DNA of 64,000 bases from Anaerolineae bacterium (GTDB taxonomy: Bacteria; Chloroflexota; Anaerolineae; UBA1429): NCBI GenBank assembly GCA_050942995.1, contig JBMNOI010000001.1:776-64775 (forward strand), written 5' to 3'. A program made the position numbers and the translations under genes. Under the pieces are notes generated by a model, which saw nothing but the letters and a program-made list of their open reading frames with translations, searched no databases and was not told the DNA's origin. Of the stretch, positions 1 to 9,410 are shown in pieces; position 1 is the first letter of the stretch, and every line of letters starts with the position of its first letter.

Positions 1-115
1 CCTCTTCTCGCCCCGCTATCATAACGGTGAGTGATCGCCACATCTCCTCAACGTCTCTCCCGATCACGCAGCCGCCGACCGAATCGGTGGACGGGTGATT
101 CTCCAAGGAGGCGTG

Positions 116-799
116 ATGAACAGATCGGATGATCGGATGCGCATCGGCGTCATCGGCACGGGACATATGGGCAGCACGCTGGCCGAGCTATGGGCCAGAG
201 CGGGGCACGATCTGCTGCTGGGATCGCGCGAGCCGCAGCAGGCGCGCAATATCGTGGAACAGATCGCCGCTCGCGGCGGTCCCCGCATGCGATCCGGTTC
301 TTATGCCGACGCGGGCGCTCATGGCGATGTGATATTGCTGGCCACTCCCTTTTTTGCCGCCGCCGAGGCCGTCGTGGCCGCCGGAGATCTGCGCGGCAAG
401 ATCCTCATCGACTGCACCAACCCCATCGCCGAAGGCGGCGAGATGCTCTCCGTGGGCCGCACCATCTCGGCGGCCGAACAGATCGCGAGCTGGGCACAGG
501 GCGCCCGCGTGGTCAAGGCGCTCAACGCGATGGGCTTCGAGACGCTGCCCCAACCGCGCTTTGGCGACCAGACGGCCTGCACCTTTGTGTGCGGCAACGA
601 CCATGAGGCCCGCGCCATCGTCATGCGGCTGGCCGAAGACATCGGTCTGGATGCCATCGATGCCGGCCCGTTGACCGAAGCGCGCACTCTGGAGCCGCTG
701 GCTCTGCTGTGGATCCACCTGAGCCGCCGCCTGCCCCAAGGGCGGGGCATTGCCTTTGCTCTGCTGCGGCGAGAGATGCCCTCCGGCACAGAGCGATAA
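116..799 (+). CDS. NADP oxidoreductase, coenzyme F420-dependent family (NpdG/ProC-like Rossmann protein)
   Basis: ORF 95..799. N-terminal dinucleotide-binding motif RIGVIGTGHMGSTLAELWARAGHDLLLGSR. AAGGAGG RBS at about 103-109 followed by GTGATG, so start placed at ATG 116. Confidence 0.7.
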   Translation: MNRSDDRMRIGVIGTGHMGSTLAELWARAGHDLLLGSREPQQARNIVEQIAARGGPRMRSGSYADAGAHGDVILLATPFFAAAEAVVAAGDLRGKILIDCTNPIAEGGEMLSVGRTISAAEQIASWAQGARVVKALNAMGFETLPQPRFGDQTACTFVCGNDHEARAIVMRLAEDIGLDAIDAGPLTEARTLEPLALLWIHLSRRLPQGRGIAFALLRREMPSGTER

Positions 800-819
800 G
801 TCGCGTTCGAAAACCGGAT

Positions 820-862
820 GTTTATATGGTTGTGGAGGCTACACCTCCACAACCATATAAAC
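820..862. repeat. Palindromic repeat element copy A (perfect 19-nt arms, 5-nt centre)
   Basis: GTTTATATGGTTGTGGAGG-ctaca-CCTCCACAACCATATAAAC between convergent genes. Shares the core ATAT(G/T)GTTGTGGAGG with copy B at 48974-49014. Confidence 0.8.
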
Positions 863-934
863 AAACACAATCTTTAGGCTCACCCGGAATGTCCGATATA
901 TGGCCTCCCGGGGTCATGTGGAGCCGCTCGTTCA

Positions 935-1399
935 TCAAACACGCTCGGGTGCCGCACGCAAATGGTGCACCGTAAGGCTCTGAGCAACCGGCATGGTGTT
1001 CAGCCGCGCCACGATCAGCCGCCGGTGGCAGCGCTCCGGGTCGGCCTCGAAGCAGAGCAGACAACAGGTCTCACGGGTAACATCATCGGCCAGCTCGTCC
1101 ATCGCATCGGGGACGCTGTCCAGATGCTCGTTATAGACCTGTGCAACCCACTCTGCATCGGCGCCGGCCCGCTGGCGTTCACGAACCCAGCGAGGAGTGC
1201 CCAGGATTCGGCGATTATCGTAGGCGATGCCGGCCGCCTCGAGGCTCTCGCTCAGGCGCCGTTTGGAAAAGCCGGGCTTGTGGCTGATCGGCGCCTCACG
1301 CACGTCGATGACGCGCTGCACACCATTCTCACGCAACAGATCGATCATGTCGTCGATCGTGATCCCCTGATAGCCCACTGTATATAAAACGTGTGTCAT
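935..1399 (-). CDS. DUF488 family protein
   Basis: ORF 935..1516(-). MTHVLYTVGY...VIDVR...LLCFEADPERCHRR pattern typical of DUF488. Start moved to the internal Met (aa 40 of the track ORF). Confidence 0.65.
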   Translation of the reverse strand: MTHVLYTVGYQGITIDDMIDLLRENGVQRVIDVREAPISHKPGFSKRRLSESLEAAGIAYDNRRILGTPRWVRERQRAGADAEWVAQVYNEHLDSVPDAMDELADDVTRETCCLLCFEADPERCHRRLIVARLNTMPVAQSLTVHHLRAAPERV

Positions 1400-1555
1400 A
1401 TCCCCCCTCGAAAAAGATTCAGGCGTTGATGCGCCTGCTCCGGCGCCTGATTTGAACCTGTACCTGTCCGATAGTAGAATGAGGTGCGGGGTGTCGGGAT
1501 GATGCGAGCTCAGCACGCGCCGGCTATACCAAACCTACAAAATGCAGGAGATACG

Positions 1556-3871
1556 ATGGACTCTGGCCTCGGAAAGAGCTTGCGGCAACATAGCACCATC
1601 GCACTCATCCTGGCCGCTTTCGTGGCCCTCGGTATGATCTATCAGCATACCACACCGATATTCGAGACACCGGACGAGCCGGACCACTATCTCTATTCTC
1701 AGTATATCACAGAACACAAGCAATTGCCCCCCCCGGCTCCTTCGGGCAAGGGATGGGGCTATGGAGAGTTGCATCAGCCACCGCTCTATTACCTGATGGG
1801 CGCCTTGCTGATGCCGGAGGGACTCGACGGGGACGACGTCAACGCCCTCTATCCGCGTAATGCGTTCGCGGCAGTGGGCTATCCAAAAGCCAGAGGAAAT
1901 CGAAACGCCACACTCCATCCATCCGAGGATTCTCCCACCCTGACCATGCTGACGCGTTCGGTGCGTCGCTTACGCGGCCTTTCACTGGTCCTGTCGGCGG
2001 GGACCGTGCTGCTCACCTATCTTATCGCGCGGCGTGCCGTTCCGAGAGATCGACGCATTGCGCTGGGCGCCGCGGCCGTGACGGCGTTCACTCCCCAGTT
2101 CCTCTTTATCGGCGCCAGTATCAACAATGACGCCACCGTGACCTTTTTCTCCACTTTGGCTCTCTATGTGGCGATGAGCGTGGTAACCGGGAATCGCCAC
2201 AATGTCCGAACCCCTCTGCTGCTGGGTGTTGTGGTAGGGCTCGCCACCCTGTCAAAGCTCAGCGGCCTGGCTGCAGCGGCGCTGGCGCCGGCGGCCTATG
2301 GCCTGGTCTATATCCAAAAACCCGATCGGCGCGTCTGGCCCGATCTGATACACCCCGTGCTGCTGGCGACCGTCGCAACCCTGGTCACCGGCGGCTGGTG
2401 GTACCTGCGCAACACACTGCAGTATCAGGATCCCCTCGCCCTGAACGCCTATCACAGCGTATTCAGCATGGGCTACGACACCCCGATGTCGATCCGCAAG
2501 ACGCTGACGATTGCTCTGGGCGCATTGCCCTCTTATTGGGGCGTCTTTGGCTGGCTGAACATACTGGCCGGCGAGTGGTTCTATGTGCTGGTTCGTGTCA
2601 TTATGCTCCTGGGCGTGCTGGGACTGATCGTTCGGGGCGCGCGTCGGATAAAAAAGCCTGCCGGAGAGTATCTTCCCGGTGTCGTCCTTGTCGCAATATG
2701 GGCGGCCCTGGTGCTGGGCATGAATCTCTACTTTATCCGCTCGGCCGGGCACACCCAGGGACGACTGGCCTTCCCGGGGATCAGCGCGCTGTCGTCGTTG
2801 CTGGCAATGGGGCTGCTCGCCCCATTGCCCGACGGCCGGCGCGGCATCGGTGTGGCGATCATGAGCGTGGGGCTGGGTGTCGTCGCGCTGATTATGCCCT
2901 ACGCCTATATCGCCCCGGCTTATAACCCGCCGCCACGCATCGCCCCGGCCGATCTGCCGGAATCGATGCATCCCGTCGAGATCACCTATTACGATTCGGG
3001 CGGCAACGATCTGATTACTCTGCGAGGCTACGAGATCCTCACTCCCGAGCTGTTCCCCGGCGACGAACTCCACCTGCGCCTCTACTGGCAGGCCCATACG
3101 CCCCCGGAACAGAACTATGTTCTGGGCATTCAACTGGTAAACCCCGACGAAAGACGCGTCGGCGGATTGGATACACACCCCGGGATGGGGCTCTATCCCA
3201 CCAGTCGCTGGAAGCCCGGCGAGGTGCTGGTCGATGACTATTTCGTGCCGGTTAGCGATCAGGTAGAAGGTCCCATCGCGGCGGCTCTGCGGGTGGGGCT
3301 ATATCAGGACGTGCACGACAATCTGCTCCCGCCCCGGGATTATCTGGGGCGCGACCTTTCCCCGGCCACCCATATCACCCGGGTGCGCATTGCTGCCGCC
3401 GCGCCGATCCGCCACAAGCCGGCGCACCCTCTGGCGGTACAATTCGACGATCGGGTCATTCTCACCGGCTACGATCTGGTGCCCGATGCGGGCAGCGACG
3501 GGCTTGGCCTCACGCTGTATTGGGAGTGTCTGGCGCCCCTGAACCATCCCTATACGGTGTTCGTCCATCTGGTGGACGAATCGGGCGCGGTCCTGGCTCA
3601 GGCCGACGGCCAGCCCATGGGGAACAGTTTCCCCACCACCTACTGGCAACCCGGCGACCGGATACGCGATGAACGCACGATCTCGCTGGACGATATCCGC
3701 ATCATGCCCGATTCTATATTTCGCCTGCTGGTGGGGTTCTACGACGAGGCCGATCGGCGGTTGCCGGTAACCTCCGATCACGCCGCCTCTCAGGCAACGG
3801 CCGACGCCGCCATCATCGGCCCGTTCCACATAAGCTCCCAGGGGATCGTATCCGATGACGCAACTCGTTGA
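1556..3871 (+). CDS. Large polytopic membrane protein, GT-C (ArnT/PMT-like) N-terminal domain plus C-terminal repeated beta-rich domains
   Basis: ORF 1484..3871. Many predicted TM helices, loop motif PIFETPDEPDHY. C-terminal ~100-aa repeats LRLYWQAHTP... and LTLYWECLAP... AGGAG precedes ATG 1556. Confidence 0.6.
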   Translation: MDSGLGKSLRQHSTIALILAAFVALGMIYQHTTPIFETPDEPDHYLYSQYITEHKQLPPPAPSGKGWGYGELHQPPLYYLMGALLMPEGLDGDDVNALYPRNAFAAVGYPKARGNRNATLHPSEDSPTLTMLTRSVRRLRGLSLVLSAGTVLLTYLIARRAVPRDRRIALGAAAVTAFTPQFLFIGASINNDATVTFFSTLALYVAMSVVTGNRHNVRTPLLLGVVVGLATLSKLSGLAAAALAPAAYGLVYIQKPDRRVWPDLIHPVLLATVATLVTGGWWYLRNTLQYQDPLALNAYHSVFSMGYDTPMSIRKTLTIALGALPSYWGVFGWLNILAGEWFYVLVRVIMLLGVLGLIVRGARRIKKPAGEYLPGVVLVAIWAALVLGMNLYFIRSAGHTQGRLAFPGISALSSLLAMGLLAPLPDGRRGIGVAIMSVGLGVVALIMPYAYIAPAYNPPPRIAPADLPESMHPVEITYYDSGGNDLITLRGYEILTPELFPGDELHLRLYWQAHTPPEQNYVLGIQLVNPDERRVGGLDTHPGMGLYPTSRWKPGEVLVDDYFVPVSDQVEGPIAAALRVGLYQDVHDNLLPPRDYLGRDLSPATHITRVRIAAAAPIRHKPAHPLAVQFDDRVILTGYDLVPDAGSDGLGLTLYWECLAPLNHPYTVFVHLVDESGAVLAQADGQPMGNSFPTTYWQPGDRIRDERTISLDDIRIMPDSIFRLLVGFYDEADRRLPVTSDHAASQATADAAIIGPFHISSQGIVSDDATR

Positions 3872-6437
3872 TAGCCCGCCTCGCGCCTCCTTTCGCCGGG
3901 CGGTCATCGTCTTGACGCTGCTGGCCTTTGGTCTGCGGATGATCGATATCGAGGCCAGAGGCATCTGGTGGGATGAGAGCCTGAGCCTGTTCCGCGCCCG
4001 GCAGAGCATACCCTATATCCTGAGCAACCGCATCGATATCGGCGAAACCCTCACCGTCGATCAGCATCCGCCGCTCTATTTCCTGCTGCTCCACGGCGTC
4101 ATACGGCTCATGGGCGAGCGCGATCTGGCCCTGCGGTTCCCCTCGGTGCTATTCGCTACCGCCCTGGTGCCGCTACTCTATGCCATGGGCTCGCGATTGC
4201 GCAACCGGCGCGTGGGTCTGCTGGCCGCGCTATGGGGGGCGATCTCGCCGTTCTACCTCTGGTACGCCCAGGAAGCACGCATGTATACCATGGTGACGGC
4301 GCTGGGACTGGCCGCCACCTATCTGCTCTGGCGCACCTTCCAGGGCCCCAACCGGAGGCTCTCCGGGCTGGGATTCGGCATCACCGCCGCCGCAGCGCTG
4401 GCCACACACTATTTCGCCGTCCTGATTCTGGCGGTGCAGGCGATGATGGCCGTCTTTCTATGGCGTCAGCACCGCGCCGAGCTGTCGACAAGTTCGACAT
4501 CGAGCCCCACAGAGCGCCCGACGCTCCGGCGTTGGATGGCCGAACATCCCCGTGTGCTGCGGGGAGGGTTGCCGGCGGCCGTCATTCTTCTGTCGGCGAC
4601 GGGCTTTGTCGGCAACCACATAGCGCGCTTGATCCGCTCCCATGCCGCCGGACGTGTCTATGTGCCCCTTCACGACATGTTGATCGATGCTCTGAATGCG
4701 TTCAGCCTGGGGCTCACGGTATCTTTTCGAAATATGTGGCCGCTAGAGTTGATCTTTCTCGCCCTGTTCGGCCTCGGTCTATGGTGGGCATGGCGCCATC
4801 CCCATCGAGAGGAGCGCCACCGGCAATCCATCCGGGCGGCCCGCGGGGCGGCCATGATGTTGCTGCCTGGCTATTTCCTCGTGCCTATTCTGGCGTTCTG
4901 GCTCTACTCGCATTACGCCCCCGTCTATATGGGCAGTCGCTATATCATCATGTCCAGCCCGGCGTTCTATCTGGGTATGAGCCTGGGCCTCGACGCCCTC
5001 TGGTCCCGGCGTCGATGGGTCGCCGGCCTGTTGATCGCCGTGCTGGTGGCCGGGATGGGCTACTCTACCGCCCGCTATTTCACCCACGAGCACTATGAGG
5101 CCAAAGAAGATCACCGCTCGTCTGCCCTTTACGTCATGGCGAACGAGCGCCCCGGCGACGTGATCCTCCTCACGGCGCCGGAGAACATCTTTGCCTTCCG
5201 GCACTATTACCGGGGACAACTGGACATCATCCCGCTCCCTCAGCCCCCGCTAACTATCCCCGATAGTGAGGAACTGGAGCGTGAACTGGCCTCCGTCGCC
5301 CGGCACTATGATCGAATCTGGCTGGTGCATTGTCGCACCTTCTTCTCCGACCCGGAGAATCAGATCACCCAATGGCTCGACGGTCATCTACTGCCTCTGG
5401 AGCGCATCTATTTCCCCAGTTACGGTTCGGGGGTCACGGTGACCGCCTACCTCACCGATCCGCCGGAAAAGGCCGCGCCGCCAGAGGGGGCCACACCATG
5501 GGCACGCTATGATGAACGACTCGACCTGCTGCACTATACCGTCGAGTATCTGACGGCCGACGGCCACACGGCAAGCCTGCGGCCCGATGCCCTGGTCGCC
5601 GGCGACCAGACGGAGCCGGCCGTCCCCGGCGGCGCTCTGTTGCGGGTGCGCCTGACCTGGCATGTGCCGGATAGATTGCCGCCGCTCAAGGTTTCGTTAC
5701 GCTTGATCGACGAGCAGGGGATCAGTTGGACCCAGCGCGACCGCCGGCCCCTCTACTACTGGCCCACCGATACATGGCCGGTGAATACCGTCATGTATCA
5801 CGATGCCGATCTGCGCATCCCGATCGGAGCGCCCCCCGGCCTCTACCGCCTGGAGATGGTGCTCTACCACGAGAACGACGGCCGCCCCTTGGTCGCCCGA
5901 TGGCCCGATGGACAAGAGAGCGATGCGTTCCCCCTGGGCACGGTGACGATCGAGCGCACTCGTGAGAGCCTCTGGCCCGTTCCTGAGGAGATGGCGACCG
6001 AATTTGTCGAGGGAACCGTGGCCCATCAACCGGCCCCACGCTTTGGCGCGCTCCGACTGGTGGGCAGCCGGATTGGCGTCGGTGAGATGGCGCCGGGGCA
6101 AAGCACCGACATGCGGCTACACTGGCTCGCCGACGAGGATCTTGCAGGCGAGTTCACGCTGGCCGTGAATTGGGTCGATTCGGGCGGCGTCGTACGCCAC
6201 ACCGCGACCTACCCCCTGGCGGGGCCGGCAAAAAGCACCTGTACCCTGGCCGGCGGAGAGCCTCTGACGGGCATGTACCGCCTGACGGCCCCCGACGATC
6301 TCCCCCCGGATCGCTATACCCTGCGCATATCGGTGCACGACGATACAGCCGGGGCCTTTATGCGAGTACGGTACGGCCTTTTGCCCTCGATGAAACGCAG
6401 CGCCACCCTGGGGCGGGTGACCCTTCTCGAACAGTAG
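3855..6437 (+). CDS. Glycosyltransferase family 39 (ArnT/PMT_2-like) membrane protein with C-terminal repeat domains
   Basis: WWDESLSLFRARQ...DQHPPLYFLLLHGV is a typical PMT_2/ArnT N-terminal signature. Overlaps the upstream paralog by 17 bp. C-terminal repeats LRVRLTWHVP... and MRLHWLADED... Confidence 0.7.
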   Translation: MTQLVDSPPRASFRRAVIVLTLLAFGLRMIDIEARGIWWDESLSLFRARQSIPYILSNRIDIGETLTVDQHPPLYFLLLHGVIRLMGERDLALRFPSVLFATALVPLLYAMGSRLRNRRVGLLAALWGAISPFYLWYAQEARMYTMVTALGLAATYLLWRTFQGPNRRLSGLGFGITAAAALATHYFAVLILAVQAMMAVFLWRQHRAELSTSSTSSPTERPTLRRWMAEHPRVLRGGLPAAVILLSATGFVGNHIARLIRSHAAGRVYVPLHDMLIDALNAFSLGLTVSFRNMWPLELIFLALFGLGLWWAWRHPHREERHRQSIRAARGAAMMLLPGYFLVPILAFWLYSHYAPVYMGSRYIIMSSPAFYLGMSLGLDALWSRRRWVAGLLIAVLVAGMGYSTARYFTHEHYEAKEDHRSSALYVMANERPGDVILLTAPENIFAFRHYYRGQLDIIPLPQPPLTIPDSEELERELASVARHYDRIWLVHCRTFFSDPENQITQWLDGHLLPLERIYFPSYGSGVTVTAYLTDPPEKAAPPEGATPWARYDERLDLLHYTVEYLTADGHTASLRPDALVAGDQTEPAVPGGALLRVRLTWHVPDRLPPLKVSLRLIDEQGISWTQRDRRPLYYWPTDTWPVNTVMYHDADLRIPIGAPPGLYRLEMVLYHENDGRPLVARWPDGQESDAFPLGTVTIERTRESLWPVPEEMATEFVEGTVAHQPAPRFGALRLVGSRIGVGEMAPGQSTDMRLHWLADEDLAGEFTLAVNWVDSGGVVRHTATYPLAGPAKSTCTLAGGEPLTGMYRLTAPDDLPPDRYTLRISVHDDTAGAFMRVRYGLLPSMKRSATLGRVTLLEQ

Positions 6438-6516
6438 CGCCGCATCGGGCCCTGTGGTAACATGCATCGTAATGACCACCGGCTGAATCATCTGCATACC
6501 CGTCGGAGGGGACGCC

Positions 6517-7608
6517 ATGATCATCAAGAAACTGGAAACCTTTACCCACGGTCCGTTGAGCATCGTCCGGGTGACGACCGATGACGGCGCCACAGGCATC
6601 GGGCAGATCTCGCCGTTCGAGGCCGATATTTCGGCGACGGTCTTGCATCGTCAGGTGGCGCCCTATGCCCTGGGCAAGGATGCCCTCGACCTCGATAGCC
6701 TGGTAGACGGTGTCATCGAGCACACCTATAAATTTCCCGGCAGCTATGTCTGCCGTGCCCTCACCGGCGTGGATACCGCGCTGTGGGATCTGCGCGGCAA
6801 GCTGGAAAACAAGCCGGTCTGCCGGTTGCTCGGCGGAGAGCCGCGCGAACTGGTCCCCTACGGATCATCCATGCGCCGTGACATTACGCCGGAGGATGAG
6901 GCCGAGCGGTTGGTGCGCTTGCGCGACAAATTCGGTTTTCGCGCCTTCAAGATTCGCGTGGGCAAGGTGCGCGGCCACGATCAGGATCAGTGGCCCGGCC
7001 GTACCGAGGCGCTGGTGCCCATCGTGCGCCGCGCATTGGGCGACGATGTGGACCTCAAGGTAGACGGGAATAGCTGCTACACCCCGGTCAAGGCGCTGGA
7101 AGTGGGCGCGCTGCTTCGTGAGCATCGCGTCAGCCACTTTGAAGAGCCCTGCCCCTACTGGAGGCTGGATTGGACGGCCGAGGTCACGCGTTTTCTGGAT
7201 GTGCCTGTGGCCGGTGGCGAACAGGACTATGACCTGAACCAGTGGGAACGCATAACCTGGATGCACGCCGTGGATATCGCCCAGCCTGATATCTGCTATG
7301 TGGGCGGCTTGACCCGGGCGCTGCGCGTGGCCCGCATGGCCGAACAGGCCGGTATGCCGGTGGTGCCCCATTCGGCCAACCTTTCTCTCGTTACGGTATT
7401 CACCCTGCATATGCTGGCCGCCATCCCCAACGCCGGCCCGCATTTCGAGTACTCGATCGAGCCCACGCCGTGGACCGAAAACCTCTTTACGCCCGCGCTG
7501 ACGGTGCGCGATGGATTGGTGCAGGTTCCTTCTGATCCCGGATGGGGCGTCGAGATCAACCCGGATTGGCTGGCCGCCGCCGAGTATCAGGTCAGCGAGC
7601 TGGACTGA
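6517..7608 (+). CDS. Enolase superfamily enzyme (mandelate racemase/muconate lactonizing enzyme family)
   Basis: MIIKKLETFTHGPLSIVRVTTDDGATGIGQ N-terminal capping domain. Length 363 aa and overall pattern of the MR/MLE family. Confidence 0.75.
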   Translation: MIIKKLETFTHGPLSIVRVTTDDGATGIGQISPFEADISATVLHRQVAPYALGKDALDLDSLVDGVIEHTYKFPGSYVCRALTGVDTALWDLRGKLENKPVCRLLGGEPRELVPYGSSMRRDITPEDEAERLVRLRDKFGFRAFKIRVGKVRGHDQDQWPGRTEALVPIVRRALGDDVDLKVDGNSCYTPVKALEVGALLREHRVSHFEEPCPYWRLDWTAEVTRFLDVPVAGGEQDYDLNQWERITWMHAVDIAQPDICYVGGLTRALRVARMAEQAGMPVVPHSANLSLVTVFTLHMLAAIPNAGPHFEYSIEPTPWTENLFTPALTVRDGLVQVPSDPGWGVEINPDWLAAAEYQVSELD

Positions 7609-7613
7609 GGCCC

Positions 7614-8063
7614 ATGCGTATTCGCCCGCTGACGCCGGACGACGACTCGGCGATAGAACAGATCGCCACCCTTCTGCAAGAGGGATTCGACCCGCCCGAG
7701 GCCGGCTGGCCCGATCGGCGGGCCGCCCTGCAGGAGGTGAAAGCCTCTCTGGCGGGGGATCGCCTCAGCCTGCTGGCCGAGGACGAGTCTGGCGTCGTGC
7801 TGGGCTGGATCGGGGGCATCTCACAATACGACGGCCACGTCTGGGAGCTGCATCCCCTGATCGTGCATCCGTCCCATCGCCGTCGGGGCGTCGGCCGAGC
7901 CCTGGTGCAGGCGCTGGAGCGAGAAGTGGCCGCCATCCGTAACCTGCGCGGCCACCCCTATATCTTTTATCGGCGATTGGGATTCGTCATCGTCGGGGTG
8001 TTGCCCGACGCGAACGGGCCGGGCAAACCCGACATCTTTATGGCCAAAAGGGTGACATCATGA
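7614..8063 (+). CDS. GNAT family N-acetyltransferase
   Basis: Track ORF 7542..8063. Start at ATG 7614 (MRIRPLTPDD) just after the upstream stop. HPSHRRRGVGRALVQALE acetyl-CoA binding motif. Confidence 0.7.
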   Translation: MRIRPLTPDDDSAIEQIATLLQEGFDPPEAGWPDRRAALQEVKASLAGDRLSLLAEDESGVVLGWIGGISQYDGHVWELHPLIVHPSHRRRGVGRALVQALEREVAAIRNLRGHPYIFYRRLGFVIVGVLPDANGPGKPDIFMAKRVTS

Positions 8064-8797
8064 GGGCGATTCGCGTGGCGGTGATGACCGACGTTCACGC
8101 CAATCTACCGGCCTTGCAAGCGGCGCTGGACGATATCCATCGCGAGGGGTGTGATGCCATTGTCCATCTGGGCGATGCCGTCGGCATCGGCCCCTACCCC
8201 GAGGAGACGCTGCGTCTCTTGCGCGCCGTCCCCGATCTATGGACCATACAGGGCAATCATGACGATTGGCTGGCCCGGTCATCGATCGATACAGGGCGTC
8301 CTGACGGGATGAGCGAGGGCGAATGGGCGCATCAGCGTTGGGTCCATCGCCAGGTCGATCCGGAACTGCGTGGATGGGTGGCCCGCTGGCCGCGCATGAT
8401 TCGCCGCGAAATCGAGGGCGTATCTGCGGTGTTCGTTCACTATGGATTAACCGAATCCGGCGACTGGCACGCGCCGGTTCGCCACTCCTCTTCGGCGGAT
8501 CTCGATCGCCTCTTTTTGTTCGAGGACGACGTTACGGTAGTATTTTTCGGACACGACCACGAGCCGATGGATCACACCGGCCGGGCGCGATATATAAATC
8601 CCGGCTCTCTGGGATGTGGCCCCCACCCCAGCGCGCGTTGGGTGCTGGCCACCTTTGCGCAGGGGCGATGCCATATCGAGCGTCGCGCCACGCCCTATGA
8701 CGACGCCCCGCTATTGCGCGCCCTCGACAACCGCGACGTGCCCGAACGCGATTTCATTCGGCGCGTGTTCTACCATGGCCGGAAAGGTAGACCATGA
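8060..8797 (+). CDS. Metallophosphoesterase (calcineurin-like phosphoesterase, YfcE-like)
   Basis: VAVMTDVHANLPALQAALDDI...DAIVHLGDAVGIGPYP metal-binding motifs. 4-bp overlap with the upstream gene. Confidence 0.75.
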   Translation: MRAIRVAVMTDVHANLPALQAALDDIHREGCDAIVHLGDAVGIGPYPEETLRLLRAVPDLWTIQGNHDDWLARSSIDTGRPDGMSEGEWAHQRWVHRQVDPELRGWVARWPRMIRREIEGVSAVFVHYGLTESGDWHAPVRHSSSADLDRLFLFEDDVTVVFFGHDHEPMDHTGRARYINPGSLGCGPHPSARWVLATFAQGRCHIERRATPYDDAPLLRALDNRDVPERDFIRRVFYHGRKGRP

Positions 8798-9402
8798 ACA
8801 CCGACAGTGACCTCAGCCCCGTCCGCATCGTCGAGATCGGTGCAGATGATCTGGATCGCTATGCCCGCATCCCCATTCGCTTCACCGTGCGCTCGTTGTT
8901 GCGCGTTGAACCGGTAGAGGGCGGGATGGGCGGGTTGCGCCTGATCGAAGAGGCCGTCACCCCGCCCTACGTCAAAGATTATGATGCCGATGAATCCCCT
9001 ATCGACTGGCCGAAGCAGTTCGACACCCGTCGATGGGTCTTTTTCCTGGCGCTGAACGGCGCCCATTCTCCGCTGGGCGCCGCAGCCGTGGCCTATGACA
9101 CCCCCGGCGTGAACATGCTGGAGGCGCGTCGCGACCTGGCCGTGCTATGGGATATCCGCGTGCATCCCGATGCGCGAGGACGTGGTCTCGGCCGACGTCT
9201 GTTTGCCCGCGCAGTCGACTGGGCTCGGGCCCGAAGTTGTCGTCAGCTCAAGATCGAGACACAGAACGTGAACGTGGGCGCCTGCCGCTTTTATCGGCGG
9301 ATGGGCTGCGAACTGGGCGCCATCCACCGGTACGGTTACGCCGCTCATCCCGATGCAGCGCACGAGGCCATGCTCCTCTGGTATCTCGATCTCACATCCT
9401 GA
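8794..9402 (+). CDS. GNAT family N-acetyltransferase
   Basis: IRVHPDARGRGLGRRLFARAVDWAR...NVGACRFYRRMGCEL. ATGA overlap with the upstream gene. Confidence 0.7.
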   Translation: MNTDSDLSPVRIVEIGADDLDRYARIPIRFTVRSLLRVEPVEGGMGGLRLIEEAVTPPYVKDYDADESPIDWPKQFDTRRWVFFLALNGAHSPLGAAAVAYDTPGVNMLEARRDLAVLWDIRVHPDARGRGLGRRLFARAVDWARARSCRQLKIETQNVNVGACRFYRRMGCELGAIHRYGYAAHPDAAHEAMLLWYLDLTS

Positions 9403-9410
9403 CGGCCAGA

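Noticed and set aside
188-739. Minus-strand and alternative-frame ORFs overlapping the F420-oxidoreductase gene
   Set aside because: No motifs. The GC3-rich coding frame is on the plus strand.
4232-5098. 288-aa alternative-frame ORF inside the GT39 gene
   Set aside because: Same strand and a different frame of a gene with a clear PMT_2 signature. Arg/Pro-rich shadow ORF.
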